Virus record (IMG/VR): IMGVR_UViG_3300045988_164840
Source: a virus
Strand: one strand, 5' to 3'
DNA length: 39,550 nucleotides
Position numbers and translations under genes: made by a program. The notes under the pieces are model-generated. The model searched no databases. It was not told the origin of the DNA and saw only the letters and a list, made by a program, of their open reading frames with translations. Positions 23,095 to 32,402 of this stretch are shown here, piece after piece (position 1 is the stretch's first letter; every line of letters begins with the position of its first letter).

Positions 23095-24006
23095 TTGCAG
23101 ATGGATCTGTTGCTATATGCGATTTTAAACAAAAAAATCAAGCAAAGTGGTAGCGGTGGCGGTTCGGCTGTTTCTGTCCAAAATTGCACGATTAACAATG
23201 ACGGAGATCTAATTGTTACATTGTCGGATGGGTCAATCATCAATGCCGGACGTGCAAAGGGCGACAAGGGAGATACCGGGGAAACGGGAGCAGCCGGAGC
23301 GGCTGGGACACCGGGTGTGAATGGTGCAGACGGTGTACCCGGAAAAGATGGCGAACCGGGAACAGATGGTATTTCTCCAACGATTGAAATCTATGAAAAC
23401 ACACCGACCGTATATCGGCTGAAAGTCAATAATGCGGATGGTTCATCTATCATTACGCCAAATTTGATTGGCACAGGGTCAACCACGACCCGTTATTATG
23501 TGTTTGATAACGCAATGTATACAAACTATACAGGTACGATTTACACGCTGACAACAACGGGGCTGAAATCTTTGCAGGAATATATCACAGCGGAAAGTGC
23601 ATTTTGCAATGCAGATTCCAATCATTCCTTGTATTATAATAATACGGATTTCGGATGGAATCAGCAAGTGACGACTTTTAGCACCACGCCACTGACCATC
23701 AGCCCGACACAGTTGCTGTTATATGGGTACATTTCAAGCTCGATGAAAGACGGGGAATTTTTCAAGTTCATTCCTGCTGGTCTGGTTACCGGTGCGACAG
23801 ATGCAGAAAAGGCGACATCAATTCAAAGCCTGCTGGCAGCGGACAACGAAAACATTGTCAAAGTCGATTTTGAGTATGTGTATGCAACAGCTGGCGTAAC
23901 AGAAGCCGTTGATATTTCGAGTGTTCCGGCAGGTGAATATTATTTGGCATGGTCGGGAACAAGCGACAACAGTTCTCCAAAAATCAATGATATTACAATT
24001 ATGTAA
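23095..24006 (+). CDS. Collagen-like repeat protein
   Basis: 12 uninterrupted G-X-Y triplets, GDKGDTGETGAAGAAGTPGVNGADGVPGKDGEPGTDG (nt 23260-23370), followed by a roughly 210-aa C-terminal domain. Confidence 0.85.
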   Translation: MQMDLLLYAILNKKIKQSGSGGGSAVSVQNCTINNDGDLIVTLSDGSIINAGRAKGDKGDTGETGAAGAAGTPGVNGADGVPGKDGEPGTDGISPTIEIYENTPTVYRLKVNNADGSSIITPNLIGTGSTTTRYYVFDNAMYTNYTGTIYTLTTTGLKSLQEYITAESAFCNADSNHSLYYNNTDFGWNQQVTTFSTTPLTISPTQLLLYGYISSSMKDGEFFKFIPAGLVTGATDAEKATSIQSLLAADNENIVKVDFEYVYATAGVTEAVDISSVPAGEYYLAWSGTSDNSSPKINDITIM

Positions 24007-24020
24007 GGAGGTGCAATGCA

Positions 24021-24626
24021 ATGCTTGAATTTTGCAAAAGAAATTTTATGTTTGACATTCGAGCAGATACAGACAGCGATGGCGGTTCTTATCTGGTTGG
24101 AAGACCGATTGTTTTTGAAATGAAAACTGATTTGGGATTTTACGATGAAATTATTCGGCGAGGTGCGTTGGATGATGCAGATTTATCTGATGTGCGGTTT
24201 TTGGTCAATCACAATACGGGCATGATTCCATTGGCACGGGCAAAAGCCGGAAACAAAAAATCTACGATGCAGCTCCAGCGTGACAAGGATGGGTTAGCTA
24301 TACAAGTACAGTTGGACGTGGAAAACAATCCGGATGCAAAGGCGTTATATTCTGCTGTGCAGCGTGGCGATATTTCCGGTATGTCCTTTATGTTTACGAT
24401 TACTGGAGATGAATGGGAAGGCTTAGATACCGACCATCCGACCCGATACATCAATAGCATTGGACAGGTTGCAGAGGTTTCTGCTGTGACATTTCCAGCA
24501 TATGAAAGTACTGAAATTTCCGCCCGTGACAAGCGAGCGGTTGAAGATGCCAGAAAATCACGTTCCAAAGGCAGTGAAGATGTAGAACTGGAAAAGCTGA
24601 AACTGAAATATTTACTGGAGGTATGA
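24021..24626 (+). CDS. Prohead maturation protease (HK97 / S78 family)
   Basis: Contains VGRPIVFEMKTD..FLVNHN..PLARAK..GDISGMSFMF. Lies before the capsid gene. Confidence 0.9.
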   Translation: MLEFCKRNFMFDIRADTDSDGGSYLVGRPIVFEMKTDLGFYDEIIRRGALDDADLSDVRFLVNHNTGMIPLARAKAGNKKSTMQLQRDKDGLAIQVQLDVENNPDAKALYSAVQRGDISGMSFMFTITGDEWEGLDTDHPTRYINSIGQVAEVSAVTFPAYESTEISARDKRAVEDARKSRSKGSEDVELEKLKLKYLLEV

Positions 24627-24630
24627 GCAT

Positions 24631-25917
24631 ATGACAAAATTTCTGAAAAATCTGATTGAAAAAAGAAAGAAAGAAATCGAAGCACTCAAGGCAAAACTTG
24701 AAACTTCCAAAGATGCACAGGAAGTAAGAGATCTTGGGAAGACCCTGCTGGCATTGAAAGAGGAATTGCAGGATGCAGAAGAGCAGCTGAAAGAAGCAGA
24801 GAAGGACGATAATCAGGATGATGCTGGAAGTGATTCTGCTGACAAGACAGGCGATGATGCAACCGGACAGCGGTCTGCATTTAATCCGATGCAGGCAAGA
24901 AACCTTGCAACGTTTACAATGAATCCGCAGGGAGAACAGAGAACCGGAAATGCACTGGATTCCGTGGAATATCGGAAGGCATTTATGCGGTATGTACAGA
25001 CTGGTGAATGGGACTACCAGAAGCGACAGGATGAAACTTTGGTTACATCCGATGTCGGCAAGGTGATTCCGAACACCATCATGAACGAGTTTATCAAGGA
25101 ACTGAAAGTCTATGGGAACTTGTATAACCGTGTCCGGAAGCTGAATGTTAAGGGCGGCGTAGAATTTCCGATTGAAGAACTGGTTCCAACGGTTTCTTGG
25201 ATTACAGAAACGACTGTTTCTGATACACAGGCAGTTCCGAAAATCAAGACCAGCGTATCTTTCGGCTATCACATTGTGGAAGCACATCTTTCTCAGTCCT
25301 TGCTTTCTCAGGTGGTTACACTGGATACGCTGGAAACGGAAATGGCACGGCTGTTGTCTGAAGCGTTTGCACGGGAATTTGACCGTGTCATCTTGTCCGG
25401 CACTGGCAGCGGTCAGCCGATGGGCATTCTCAATGATACACGGGTAAAGGCAGAAAACAAGATCACCTTTACTGTGGCAGAGCTTGCAGACTGGACAAAG
25501 TGGAGAACAAAGCTGTTTGCAAAAGTGCCGTTGGCTTATCGTGGGGAAGGCGTTCTGGTAATGACTGCTGCAACGTTTGAATCTCAGATCATGACGTTGA
25601 AGGATGCGAACGACAGACCGCTTTACATGGAAACATATGATCCGGTCAATGGTACAGTATCCGGCAAGTTTGCAGGACGGGAAGTCATTCTCGTGGAGCC
25701 AGACATTATGAAAGACTTTGATGCAGCAGCGGACGGGGATGCATTCGCAATTTACTTCCGCCCGAATGATTATGCAATCAACACCAATTTGCAGCTGGCA
25801 TTCAAGCGGTGGTTTAGCGATGAAAAGAATGTATGGTACAATAAGGGACTTTGCATTATGGACGGCAAGCTGCTGGATGTCAATTCTGTATTCGTGTTGA
25901 AAAAGTCTACAAAGTAA
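24631..25917 (+). CDS. Major capsid protein (HK97 fold) with an N-terminal coiled-coil delta domain
   Basis: 428 aa. A coiled-coil N-terminus is followed by typical HK97 MCP sequence. Confidence 0.92.
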   Translation: MTKFLKNLIEKRKKEIEALKAKLETSKDAQEVRDLGKTLLALKEELQDAEEQLKEAEKDDNQDDAGSDSADKTGDDATGQRSAFNPMQARNLATFTMNPQGEQRTGNALDSVEYRKAFMRYVQTGEWDYQKRQDETLVTSDVGKVIPNTIMNEFIKELKVYGNLYNRVRKLNVKGGVEFPIEELVPTVSWITETTVSDTQAVPKIKTSVSFGYHIVEAHLSQSLLSQVVTLDTLETEMARLLSEAFAREFDRVILSGTGSGQPMGILNDTRVKAENKITFTVAELADWTKWRTKLFAKVPLAYRGEGVLVMTAATFESQIMTLKDANDRPLYMETYDPVNGTVSGKFAGREVILVEPDIMKDFDAAADGDAFAIYFRPNDYAINTNLQLAFKRWFSDEKNVWYNKGLCIMDGKLLDVNSVFVLKKSTK

Positions 25918-25929
25918 GAGGTGAATCAC

Positions 25930-26202
25930 ATGACAGCCGAAGAACTGTTGGAAAAAGTGAAAATCGGTCTGAATATCACGGGGACGTATCAGGATGAAAC
26001 ACTGAAAACCTATATCAACGATGTAAAAGCGTTTTTGCTGGATGCTGGCGTTTCGGATGCGGTCGTAAACAGTCCGGAGGCTGTCGGTGTGATTATCCGT
26101 GGCGTTTCTGACCTATGGAATTATGGGATGGGCACAGCGGAATTGTCGCAGTATTTTGTTCAGCGTGCAATCCAGCTGATTTATAAGAGGGGAGATGCAT
26201 AA
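25930..26202 (+). CDS. Head-tail connector (gp6-like)
   Basis: ATG 25930 follows AGAGGTG. Contains LEKVKIGLNITGTYQDETLKTYINDVKAFL. Confidence 0.75.
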   Translation: MTAEELLEKVKIGLNITGTYQDETLKTYINDVKAFLLDAGVSDAVVNSPEAVGVIIRGVSDLWNYGMGTAELSQYFVQRAIQLIYKRGDA

Positions 26203-26547
26203 TTGTCCAATTATCGACCGAATGAGCCGTTTGTTGTTCCACTATGGCTGCTGATTCCGCAGACAAAACTGATAAAGGGCATAACCAAAAAAGTTTATCC
26301 GGAAACTGGGATTCTGTTTTATGCATCTTTTAAAACATTCGGCGGAACAGAACGCACAAATAATGATGTGGTCACAATTGAAGATACAGCAGTCATTGAA
26401 ACTTGGTATCGACCTGATATCAAAGCAGACTGCCGGATTCAGAATGCGGACGGGAAAACATATGAAGTCATTGGAACACCAGAAAACATCAATATGAGGA
26501 ATCAGATCTTGAAATTCAAAATCAGGGCTGTTTCCGGAGGTGCGTAA
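26203..26547 (+). CDS. Head closure / head-tail joining protein
   Basis: Assigned by position and by its similarity to SPP1 gp16-type sequence. TTG start follows GAGGGGA. Confidence 0.7.
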   Translation: MSNYRPNEPFVVPLWLLIPQTKLIKGITKKVYPETGILFYASFKTFGGTERTNNDVVTIEDTAVIETWYRPDIKADCRIQNADGKTYEVIGTPENINMRNQILKFKIRAVSGGA

Positions 26548-26549
26548 TC

Positions 26550-27002
26550 ATGGGAAAGAAGAATCAAATCGGCTTACAGTTTTCCGGTTGGCAGGAACTC
26601 ATGCAGAGCATTGACCGGGCAGCAGGGGAAGAAGGGCTGAAAAAAGCAACAGAAGCCGCCCTGAAAGCATCCAAAGAATACGTCAATGAGCAAGTCACTG
26701 CGATTATGAGAAAAGCCAATATGCCAGCAAAGGGAAAGTTCTGGACAGGGGACACGAAAGCAACACTGGACAAGAATTTTTCCGTTGAATGGAAGGGCTT
26801 TACTGGCGAAATAAAAATCGGGTTTAACCTGTCGGAAAGTTTGGTATCTAATTTCCTGATGTATGGAACACCTCGACACGAACCGCCAATGGCAGCCGTT
26901 CCGGGGCTGTATGATGCTGTTTATGGCAGGAAAACGCAAATTGCAATTACCTATTTGCAAAGAGAAGCCATTGAAAAATGGATTGAACGGAATATGGGGT
27001 GA
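26550..27002 (+). CDS. HK97 gp10-family tail-attachment protein
   Basis: Assigned by position and the LMYGTPRHEPP motif. Confidence 0.7.
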   Translation: MGKKNQIGLQFSGWQELMQSIDRAAGEEGLKKATEAALKASKEYVNEQVTAIMRKANMPAKGKFWTGDTKATLDKNFSVEWKGFTGEIKIGFNLSESLVSNFLMYGTPRHEPPMAAVPGLYDAVYGRKTQIAITYLQREAIEKWIERNMG

Positions 27003-27005
27003 CCG

Positions 27006-27368
27006 ATGGAAGACCGTTTGATTGCACTATTATCAGAATTCGGGTATCCGGTTCGGCGGCAGGGAAGTTTGCTGGAAGATGAACCGTATCCAGATGCGTT
27101 TTTCACATTCTGGCAGGTTTCTGGCGATTTGAATAGTGCTTATGATAATCTGGAATATGCGACATTATACACCTATGATGTCAATTTTTATGCCGTTGAA
27201 CCGGAAAAATGCTATGACGTTTTGCGGCAAGCGATTGAAAAGTTAAAAAAGAATGGATTTGAAGCATGGGGCGATGCTTACGATGCGGTTAGTGACTTGG
27301 ATACCCACATCGGGCGTGGCATTTCTGTGCAGATTCTTAAAATCCGTGAAAACAATGAGGAGGTTTAA
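27006..27368 (+). CDS. Tail completion protein (positional assignment)
   Basis: 120 aa, between the gp10-like and major tail protein genes. Confidence 0.6.
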   Translation: MEDRLIALLSEFGYPVRRQGSLLEDEPYPDAFFTFWQVSGDLNSAYDNLEYATLYTYDVNFYAVEPEKCYDVLRQAIEKLKKNGFEAWGDAYDAVSDLDTHIGRGISVQILKIRENNEEV

Positions 27369-27370
27369 CC

Positions 27371-28033
27371 ATGGCAGATAATTCTAACAGCGTTTTTGAA
27401 TATCGTGGCGTACAGGATTTGTATTATGCACAGGTCTTGGAAGATAGTGAGGAGAAATTTGTTACTACAACGCCATATCGACTGGCGTATGTTGCAACGA
27501 TTGCAAAAGAAGTGGAAACTTCCAGCGAAACGCACTTCTATGACAACAGAGGTATGATTGTAATTCCTGCAAAGGGTGCAGAAACATTTACACTTACAGT
27601 TGCTCCGTTGAAGTTGGCAATACTGGCAGACATTACCGGTCAGGCATTTGATGCAACAAAGGGCATGCTGATCGAAGGGGAAACCAGACCGAAACAGTTC
27701 TGCATTGGTTACAAAACAAAGGGAACAGATGGTTTCTGGCGGTTTGCATGGAAATACAAGGGTGTATTTGCGATCCCGTCCGAAGAAGTCAACACCGAAT
27801 CTGACAGCATTGATACAACCAATATGGAATTGACCTATACTGCAATCAGCACCATTCATAAATTTGCGTATCGAGACGATACAACCGTTGTAGTAGAGGG
27901 TACACAGACAGCACAGCGAACAGAATCTATTACTGGTATTGTGGTCGATGAACGCTATGCACGGGCTGATAATTTGGACGAATGGTTCACAAAGGTTATG
28001 ACACCGGATGATGTAGTAACGAAGACAGCGTAA
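27371..28033 (+). CDS. Major tail protein
   Basis: 220 aa, followed by a terminator and the chaperone genes. phi13-family-like N-terminus. Confidence 0.85.
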   Translation: MADNSNSVFEYRGVQDLYYAQVLEDSEEKFVTTTPYRLAYVATIAKEVETSSETHFYDNRGMIVIPAKGAETFTLTVAPLKLAILADITGQAFDATKGMLIEGETRPKQFCIGYKTKGTDGFWRFAWKYKGVFAIPSEEVNTESDSIDTTNMELTYTAISTIHKFAYRDDTTVVVEGTQTAQRTESITGIVVDERYARADNLDEWFTKVMTPDDVVTKTA

Positions 28034-28059
28034 ACTTTACACAGATTGATATTTTATTT

Positions 28060-28097
28060 AGGCACTGCACGACCACATTGTGTGGTGCCTATTTTTA
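28060..28097 (+). terminator. Hairpin and T-run after the major tail gene
   Basis: AGGCAC..GTGCCT outer stem with an inner CCACA-TTG-TGTGG stem, then ATTTTTAAA. Confidence 0.65.
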
Positions 28098-28107
28098 AAC
28101 GGAGGAA

Positions 28108-28446
28108 ATGATAATGGACATGAAACTGAGAATTTATGATAAGACCGGAAAAACATTGGAAAAGACTTACACAGCGACACAGTTTGACCTGATGTGGGGT
28201 ACAATGGAAGACCTTGTGCAATGTGTAGATCTGGACAAGGTGGATGATAAAGCGGCAGTCGGTGGAATGATTCTGAAATTGCTGCCGCAGCTGAAACCAT
28301 TGCTGATGCAGATTTTTGAAGGTGTTACAGAAGAAGAGATTCGCCGGACAAAAGTCAGCGAATTGGTACCGATTTTTATTCAGGCAATCAAGTATTGCTT
28401 TTCTGAAATTAAGACATTGGACAACGGAAAAAATCAGGGAAACTGA
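28108..28446 (+). CDS. Tail assembly chaperone (gpG-like)
   Basis: 112 aa between the major tail and tape measure genes. Has a slippery site near its end. Confidence 0.8.
   Translation: MIMDMKLRIYDKTGKTLEKTYTATQFDLMWGTMEDLVQCVDLDKVDDKAAVGGMILKLLPQLKPLLMQIFEGVTEEEIRRTKVSELVPIFIQAIKYCFSEIKTLDNGKNQGN
28428..28434 (+). promoter_or_regulatory. -1 programmed frameshift heptamer A_AAA_AAT
   Basis: A -1 slip reads AAA AAA TCA GGG AAA CTG ATG ATG.., open and in frame with the ORF ending at 28655. Confidence 0.7.
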
Positions 28447-28655
28447 TGATGGGCGGCGGAAAGCTGTCCTTATATGATACATTTTTTGATATTACTGTGA
28501 GTTTATGCGACCGATTCAGTGGCTTAGATCCAATTAAAGTGCGGAAATATCCTGCTCACGAAGTGATTTTATTGATGAAGCGTACAGTAAAACATAGCAA
28601 GCAAAAGAAAAAGCCTGCTCGCATGATGCGACCGGCAAGGGATAATTGGTTTTAA
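28446..28655 (+). CDS. gpT-like extension of the tail chaperone, expressed as a G-T fusion by -1 frameshift
   Basis: Lies in the -1 frame relative to 28108-28446. Ends 15 nt before the tape measure gene. Confidence 0.7.
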   Translation: MMGGGKLSLYDTFFDITVSLCDRFSGLDPIKVRKYPAHEVILLMKRTVKHSKQKKKPARMMRPARDNWF

Positions 28656-28670
28656 TGGTGGTGATAAGGA

Positions 28671-31600
28671 ATGGCAAAATCGAAAGAAACAACAACGAAA
28701 TTTAAAGTTGATATTTCGGAACTGAAAAGCAATTTGCAGGAAGCAAACCGACAAATTGCTCTTGCAAACTCAGAGTTCAAAGTAGCGACTGCTGGAATGG
28801 ACAAGTGGAGCGATTCTGCTGATGGACTAACTGCAAAAATCACACAATTAAAGACCGTAAACGAAAGTTATTCCACAATTCTGTCGGATTATGAAAAGAA
28901 ACTTGCTGAGATTGTGCAAAGTGAGGGTGAAAATTCTGAAGCTGCACAGAATATGCAGATTAGAATGAACAGCTTAAAAGCTGCTATTAAGGGAAATGAA
29001 TTTGAGATTGCAAAGCATAACAACACACTGGACGAGATGGGTAAGGCAGCCGAAGAAGCTGCAAGGCAAGCAGAAGAACTTGCAAACACAGAAGAAGAAA
29101 CTGTAAGTGCGTTTGACAATCTGTCAGGGGAAGTCAAACAGCAGGAATCGGATCTAAAGACATTAAAAAAAGAATATTCCAGTGCTGTATTGGAGTATGG
29201 GCAATTTTCAGATGAAGCAAAAGCAGCAGCGGAAAAAGTTTCTGATTTATCAAGCGAATTAGATGAAAATCGTAAGAAACTGAAAGAAGCTGAAACAGCA
29301 GCAAATGATTTTGATAATACCCTTGCAAAGGCTGAAGAAACAGAAACACAAACTGTAAGTGCGTTTGACAAGTTATCAAATGAAATCAAACAGCAGGAAT
29401 CGGATCTAAAGTCCCTGCGACAGGAACACGCAAATGCTGTCATAAAGTACGGGGAAGAATCAGACGAAGCAAAACGTCTTGGTGCGGAAATCTCCAATTT
29501 GTCAGATGACCTAAAGAAAAATAAGGATTATCTGAAATCGTCTGAAAGTGCAGCAGATGCCTTTGACAACACGCTGGATGAAACGGGGGATTCTGCTAAA
29601 AAAGCCGAAAAATCTTTGGACGATGCGAACAAAGAAATCAAAGATACCGGCGATGAAGCAGAAAAATCCGGTGGCAAGTTAAAAGAATTTCTTGGATCTC
29701 TTGGAAAAGCGGCTCTGACTGGACTTGGAATGGCTCTGACAGGGCTGGGAGCAGGCTTAGTTGCAGCAACAGAGGGCAGCAAGGAATTTAATGATAACAT
29801 GGCAAAGTTAAATTCTGCTGCGGAATCTGCCGGAATCAGCAGCGAAAAAGCCGGAAAAATGTTCGAGGACATGTATGGTGTTTTGGGCGATGAAACCGCT
29901 GCAAATACCACTGTATCAAACTTCATGGCGATGGGGACAAGCACAGAGAATCTGAATAGCCTGCTCAATAGTTCGGCTGGTATCTGGGCAAAATATGGCG
30001 ATTCAATTCCGCTTGATGGCTTAGCAGAATCTGTCAACGAAACCGCAAAGGTTGGGCAGGTTACAGGTAATTTGGCGGATGCTCTGAACTGGGCAGGCGA
30101 AAACGAAGATGATTTTAATGCCAAATTGGCAGCCTGTGGTGATGAACAGCAGCGGCAGCAGCTAATTGTTGATACTCTGGATGGGTTATATGGCGACCTT
30201 GGGGAGCAGTACAAGAAAAATAACAAGGCTGTTATGGACTTGAACGCTGCTCAACTTGACATGAAAAATTCCATTGCCCAAATTGGCACAGCATTCACAC
30301 CGGTTCTTGCTATGTTCACCACATTTGCATCTGGGGTGCTTGCAAAAATTGTTCCGGATGTTGAAAATCTTGCCAGTGCATTTATGGATTTGACCAATGG
30401 TGTAGACGGAGCAGGCGAAAAGATTGGATCATCTGTCGGAAATATCCTGACAACCTTAACAACAACCATTACCAGTGTTTTACCAACCGTTGCAAATATC
30501 GGCGTGGAGATTATTCAGAGCATTCTTAACGGTATCACAGAGCATTCTGGGGAACTCTTAGCTGCTGCCGGAGAAATTGTCATGACGCTTGCAGATGGAA
30601 TTGTAACCGTTGCACCGCAATTGCTGACAAGTCTTACAACCATTATTACACAGCTTGCACAGAAAATCATTACACTTGCACCGCAGCTTTTAAGTGCTGC
30701 AATGCAGTTGTTTCAGGGGCTTGTTACTGCACTCAAAGAATTAGACCTTGGAACAACCGTGACCGAACTTATATCGGCTCTTATTGAAATGCTGGTAAAT
30801 GCAACACCACAGATTTTAAGCGGAATTACCACGCTTTTTGATGCAATCGTGCAAGCGTTGCCGGGTTTACTGGATCAGTTGCTATCTTTGATTCCTCTTT
30901 TGGTGGATGGGCTGACCGCAGCAACACCACAAATTTTAGAAGCAGCTAAAACCATGCTGAACGGTTTGATTGATGCATTGCCAGAAATCGTTCAAGGGCT
31001 GACTGCTGCATTGCCGGATGTTATTCGCTCAATTGTGGATTTTGTTGCACAATGCTATCCACAGCTTTTAAATGCTGCAACTGAACTTTTGAATGCGTTG
31101 GTGGATGCTCTGCCGGACATCATTCAGAGCCTTGTTGATGCATTGCCGAATATAATTGTTGCAATTACAGAATTTCTAACCAATGCACAACCAAAAATTA
31201 TGGCTGCCGGTGTGAAGCTTCTTATGGAAATTGTAAAGGCAATTCCGAAAATTTTAGTAGCTCTGGTTGCTGCAATTCCGAAAATTTTAGATGCAATTGT
31301 GGAAGGATTGACACCGCTTGCGGAGAAAATCGGCGAGAAATTATCAGAGGTCTGGACAAGTATCAAGCAATGGTTTTCTGATTTAGGGACGAATGCGAAA
31401 ACGTCCATGCAAGAATTTATACAAGCTATTGTTGATTCTCTGAAACAGCTGCCGGGGAAAATCATTGAATGGGCAGCTGAAATGAAATTGACCTTTGACC
31501 AGAAGGTACAAGAAATCATTGACGGGATTGTACAATTCTTCAGCGATTTGCCATATAAGATTGGTTATGCAATCGGGGCGACAATCGGAACAATTTTGAC

Positions 31601-32402
31601 ATGGGCAGAGAATATCAAAACCTTTGTAACAGAAAAAATTCCGGAAATCATTGACTCCATTGTGCAGTTTTTCTCAGAACTGCCGGGAAGAATCTGGGAA
31701 TGGCTGACAAATGTAATCAGCAATGTTATAACGTGGGCAGCTGAAATGCAAGTGAAATCCAGCGAAGCAGCGAGCAACTTTTTTGAGAACATTGCCACGA
31801 AAATACAGGAACTTCCGGGCGAATTCTGGAACTGGCTGACAGACATCATTGGAAAAGTCACAACATTTGCAAGTGATCTTGGTAGCAAGGCGAGCGAAGC
31901 CGCACAGAATTTATGGGATAACATTGTAGATGGCATTAGCGGCTTGCCAGATAGAATCTATAGCATTGGTTCTGATATTGTGGAAGGCTTATGGAATGGG
32001 ATCAATGACATGGCAGGCTGGATTTGGGATAAAATTCAGGGATTTGGGCAGGGTGTTTTAGATGGGCTGAGAAGTTTCTTTGACATCAATTCTCCGTCTA
32101 AAGTCATGGCGGATCAGATTGGTAAATTCTTGCCGATGGGCATGGCAGAGGGTATCGAAGATGAAACAAAGACCGCTGTGAATGCGATGCAGAAATCTGC
32201 ACAGAAAACGCTACAGGCTGCGAAATCTGCGATTGCAAACGTTTCCAGCGATTTGAATATTGGAGCAGGCACATCCAAAGCGGCTGGAACAACGCAAGTT
32301 GTCAACAATTATAACTTTAATCAGACAAACAACAGCCCAAAGGCACTATCTCGGTATGATATTTACAGGCAGTCCAAAAATCTGCTGAATGCAAAGGGGT
32401 GA
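28671..32402 (+). CDS. Tape measure protein
   Basis: 1243 aa. Coiled-coil N-terminal third with a tandem 84-aa duplication, a Gly/Ala TM-like core, and long helical repeats. Confidence 0.92.
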   Translation: MAKSKETTTKFKVDISELKSNLQEANRQIALANSEFKVATAGMDKWSDSADGLTAKITQLKTVNESYSTILSDYEKKLAEIVQSEGENSEAAQNMQIRMNSLKAAIKGNEFEIAKHNNTLDEMGKAAEEAARQAEELANTEEETVSAFDNLSGEVKQQESDLKTLKKEYSSAVLEYGQFSDEAKAAAEKVSDLSSELDENRKKLKEAETAANDFDNTLAKAEETETQTVSAFDKLSNEIKQQESDLKSLRQEHANAVIKYGEESDEAKRLGAEISNLSDDLKKNKDYLKSSESAADAFDNTLDETGDSAKKAEKSLDDANKEIKDTGDEAEKSGGKLKEFLGSLGKAALTGLGMALTGLGAGLVAATEGSKEFNDNMAKLNSAAESAGISSEKAGKMFEDMYGVLGDETAANTTVSNFMAMGTSTENLNSLLNSSAGIWAKYGDSIPLDGLAESVNETAKVGQVTGNLADALNWAGENEDDFNAKLAACGDEQQRQQLIVDTLDGLYGDLGEQYKKNNKAVMDLNAAQLDMKNSIAQIGTAFTPVLAMFTTFASGVLAKIVPDVENLASAFMDLTNGVDGAGEKIGSSVGNILTTLTTTITSVLPTVANIGVEIIQSILNGITEHSGELLAAAGEIVMTLADGIVTVAPQLLTSLTTIITQLAQKIITLAPQLLSAAMQLFQGLVTALKELDLGTTVTELISALIEMLVNATPQILSGITTLFDAIVQALPGLLDQLLSLIPLLVDGLTAATPQILEAAKTMLNGLIDALPEIVQGLTAALPDVIRSIVDFVAQCYPQLLNAATELLNALVDALPDIIQSLVDALPNIIVAITEFLTNAQPKIMAAGVKLLMEIVKAIPKILVALVAAIPKILDAIVEGLTPLAEKIGEKLSEVWTSIKQWFSDLGTNAKTSMQEFIQAIVDSLKQLPGKIIEWAAEMKLTFDQKVQEIIDGIVQFFSDLPYKIGYAIGATIGTILTWAENIKTFVTEKIPEIIDSIVQFFSELPGRIWEWLTNVISNVITWAAEMQVKSSEAASNFFENIATKIQELPGEFWNWLTDIIGKVTTFASDLGSKASEAAQNLWDNIVDGISGLPDRIYSIGSDIVEGLWNGINDMAGWIWDKIQGFGQGVLDGLRSFFDINSPSKVMADQIGKFLPMGMAEGIEDETKTAVNAMQKSAQKTLQAAKSAIANVSSDLNIGAGTSKAAGTTQVVNNYNFNQTNNSPKALSRYDIYRQSKNLLNAKG

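Noticed and set aside
24451-25929. 492-aa minus-strand ORF, the second-longest minus-strand ORF in the track
   Set aside because: It lies entirely antisense to the well-supported HK97 capsid and protease genes. Its composition is Cys/His/Phe-rich and low-complexity, it has no RBS, and it makes no sense in a head operon. It is a shadow ORF.
28889-30226. Minus-strand ORFs of 202 and 232 aa inside the tape measure gene
   Set aside because: They are Ser/Ala/Phe-rich mirror frames of a repetitive coding region with no start context. They are shadow ORFs.
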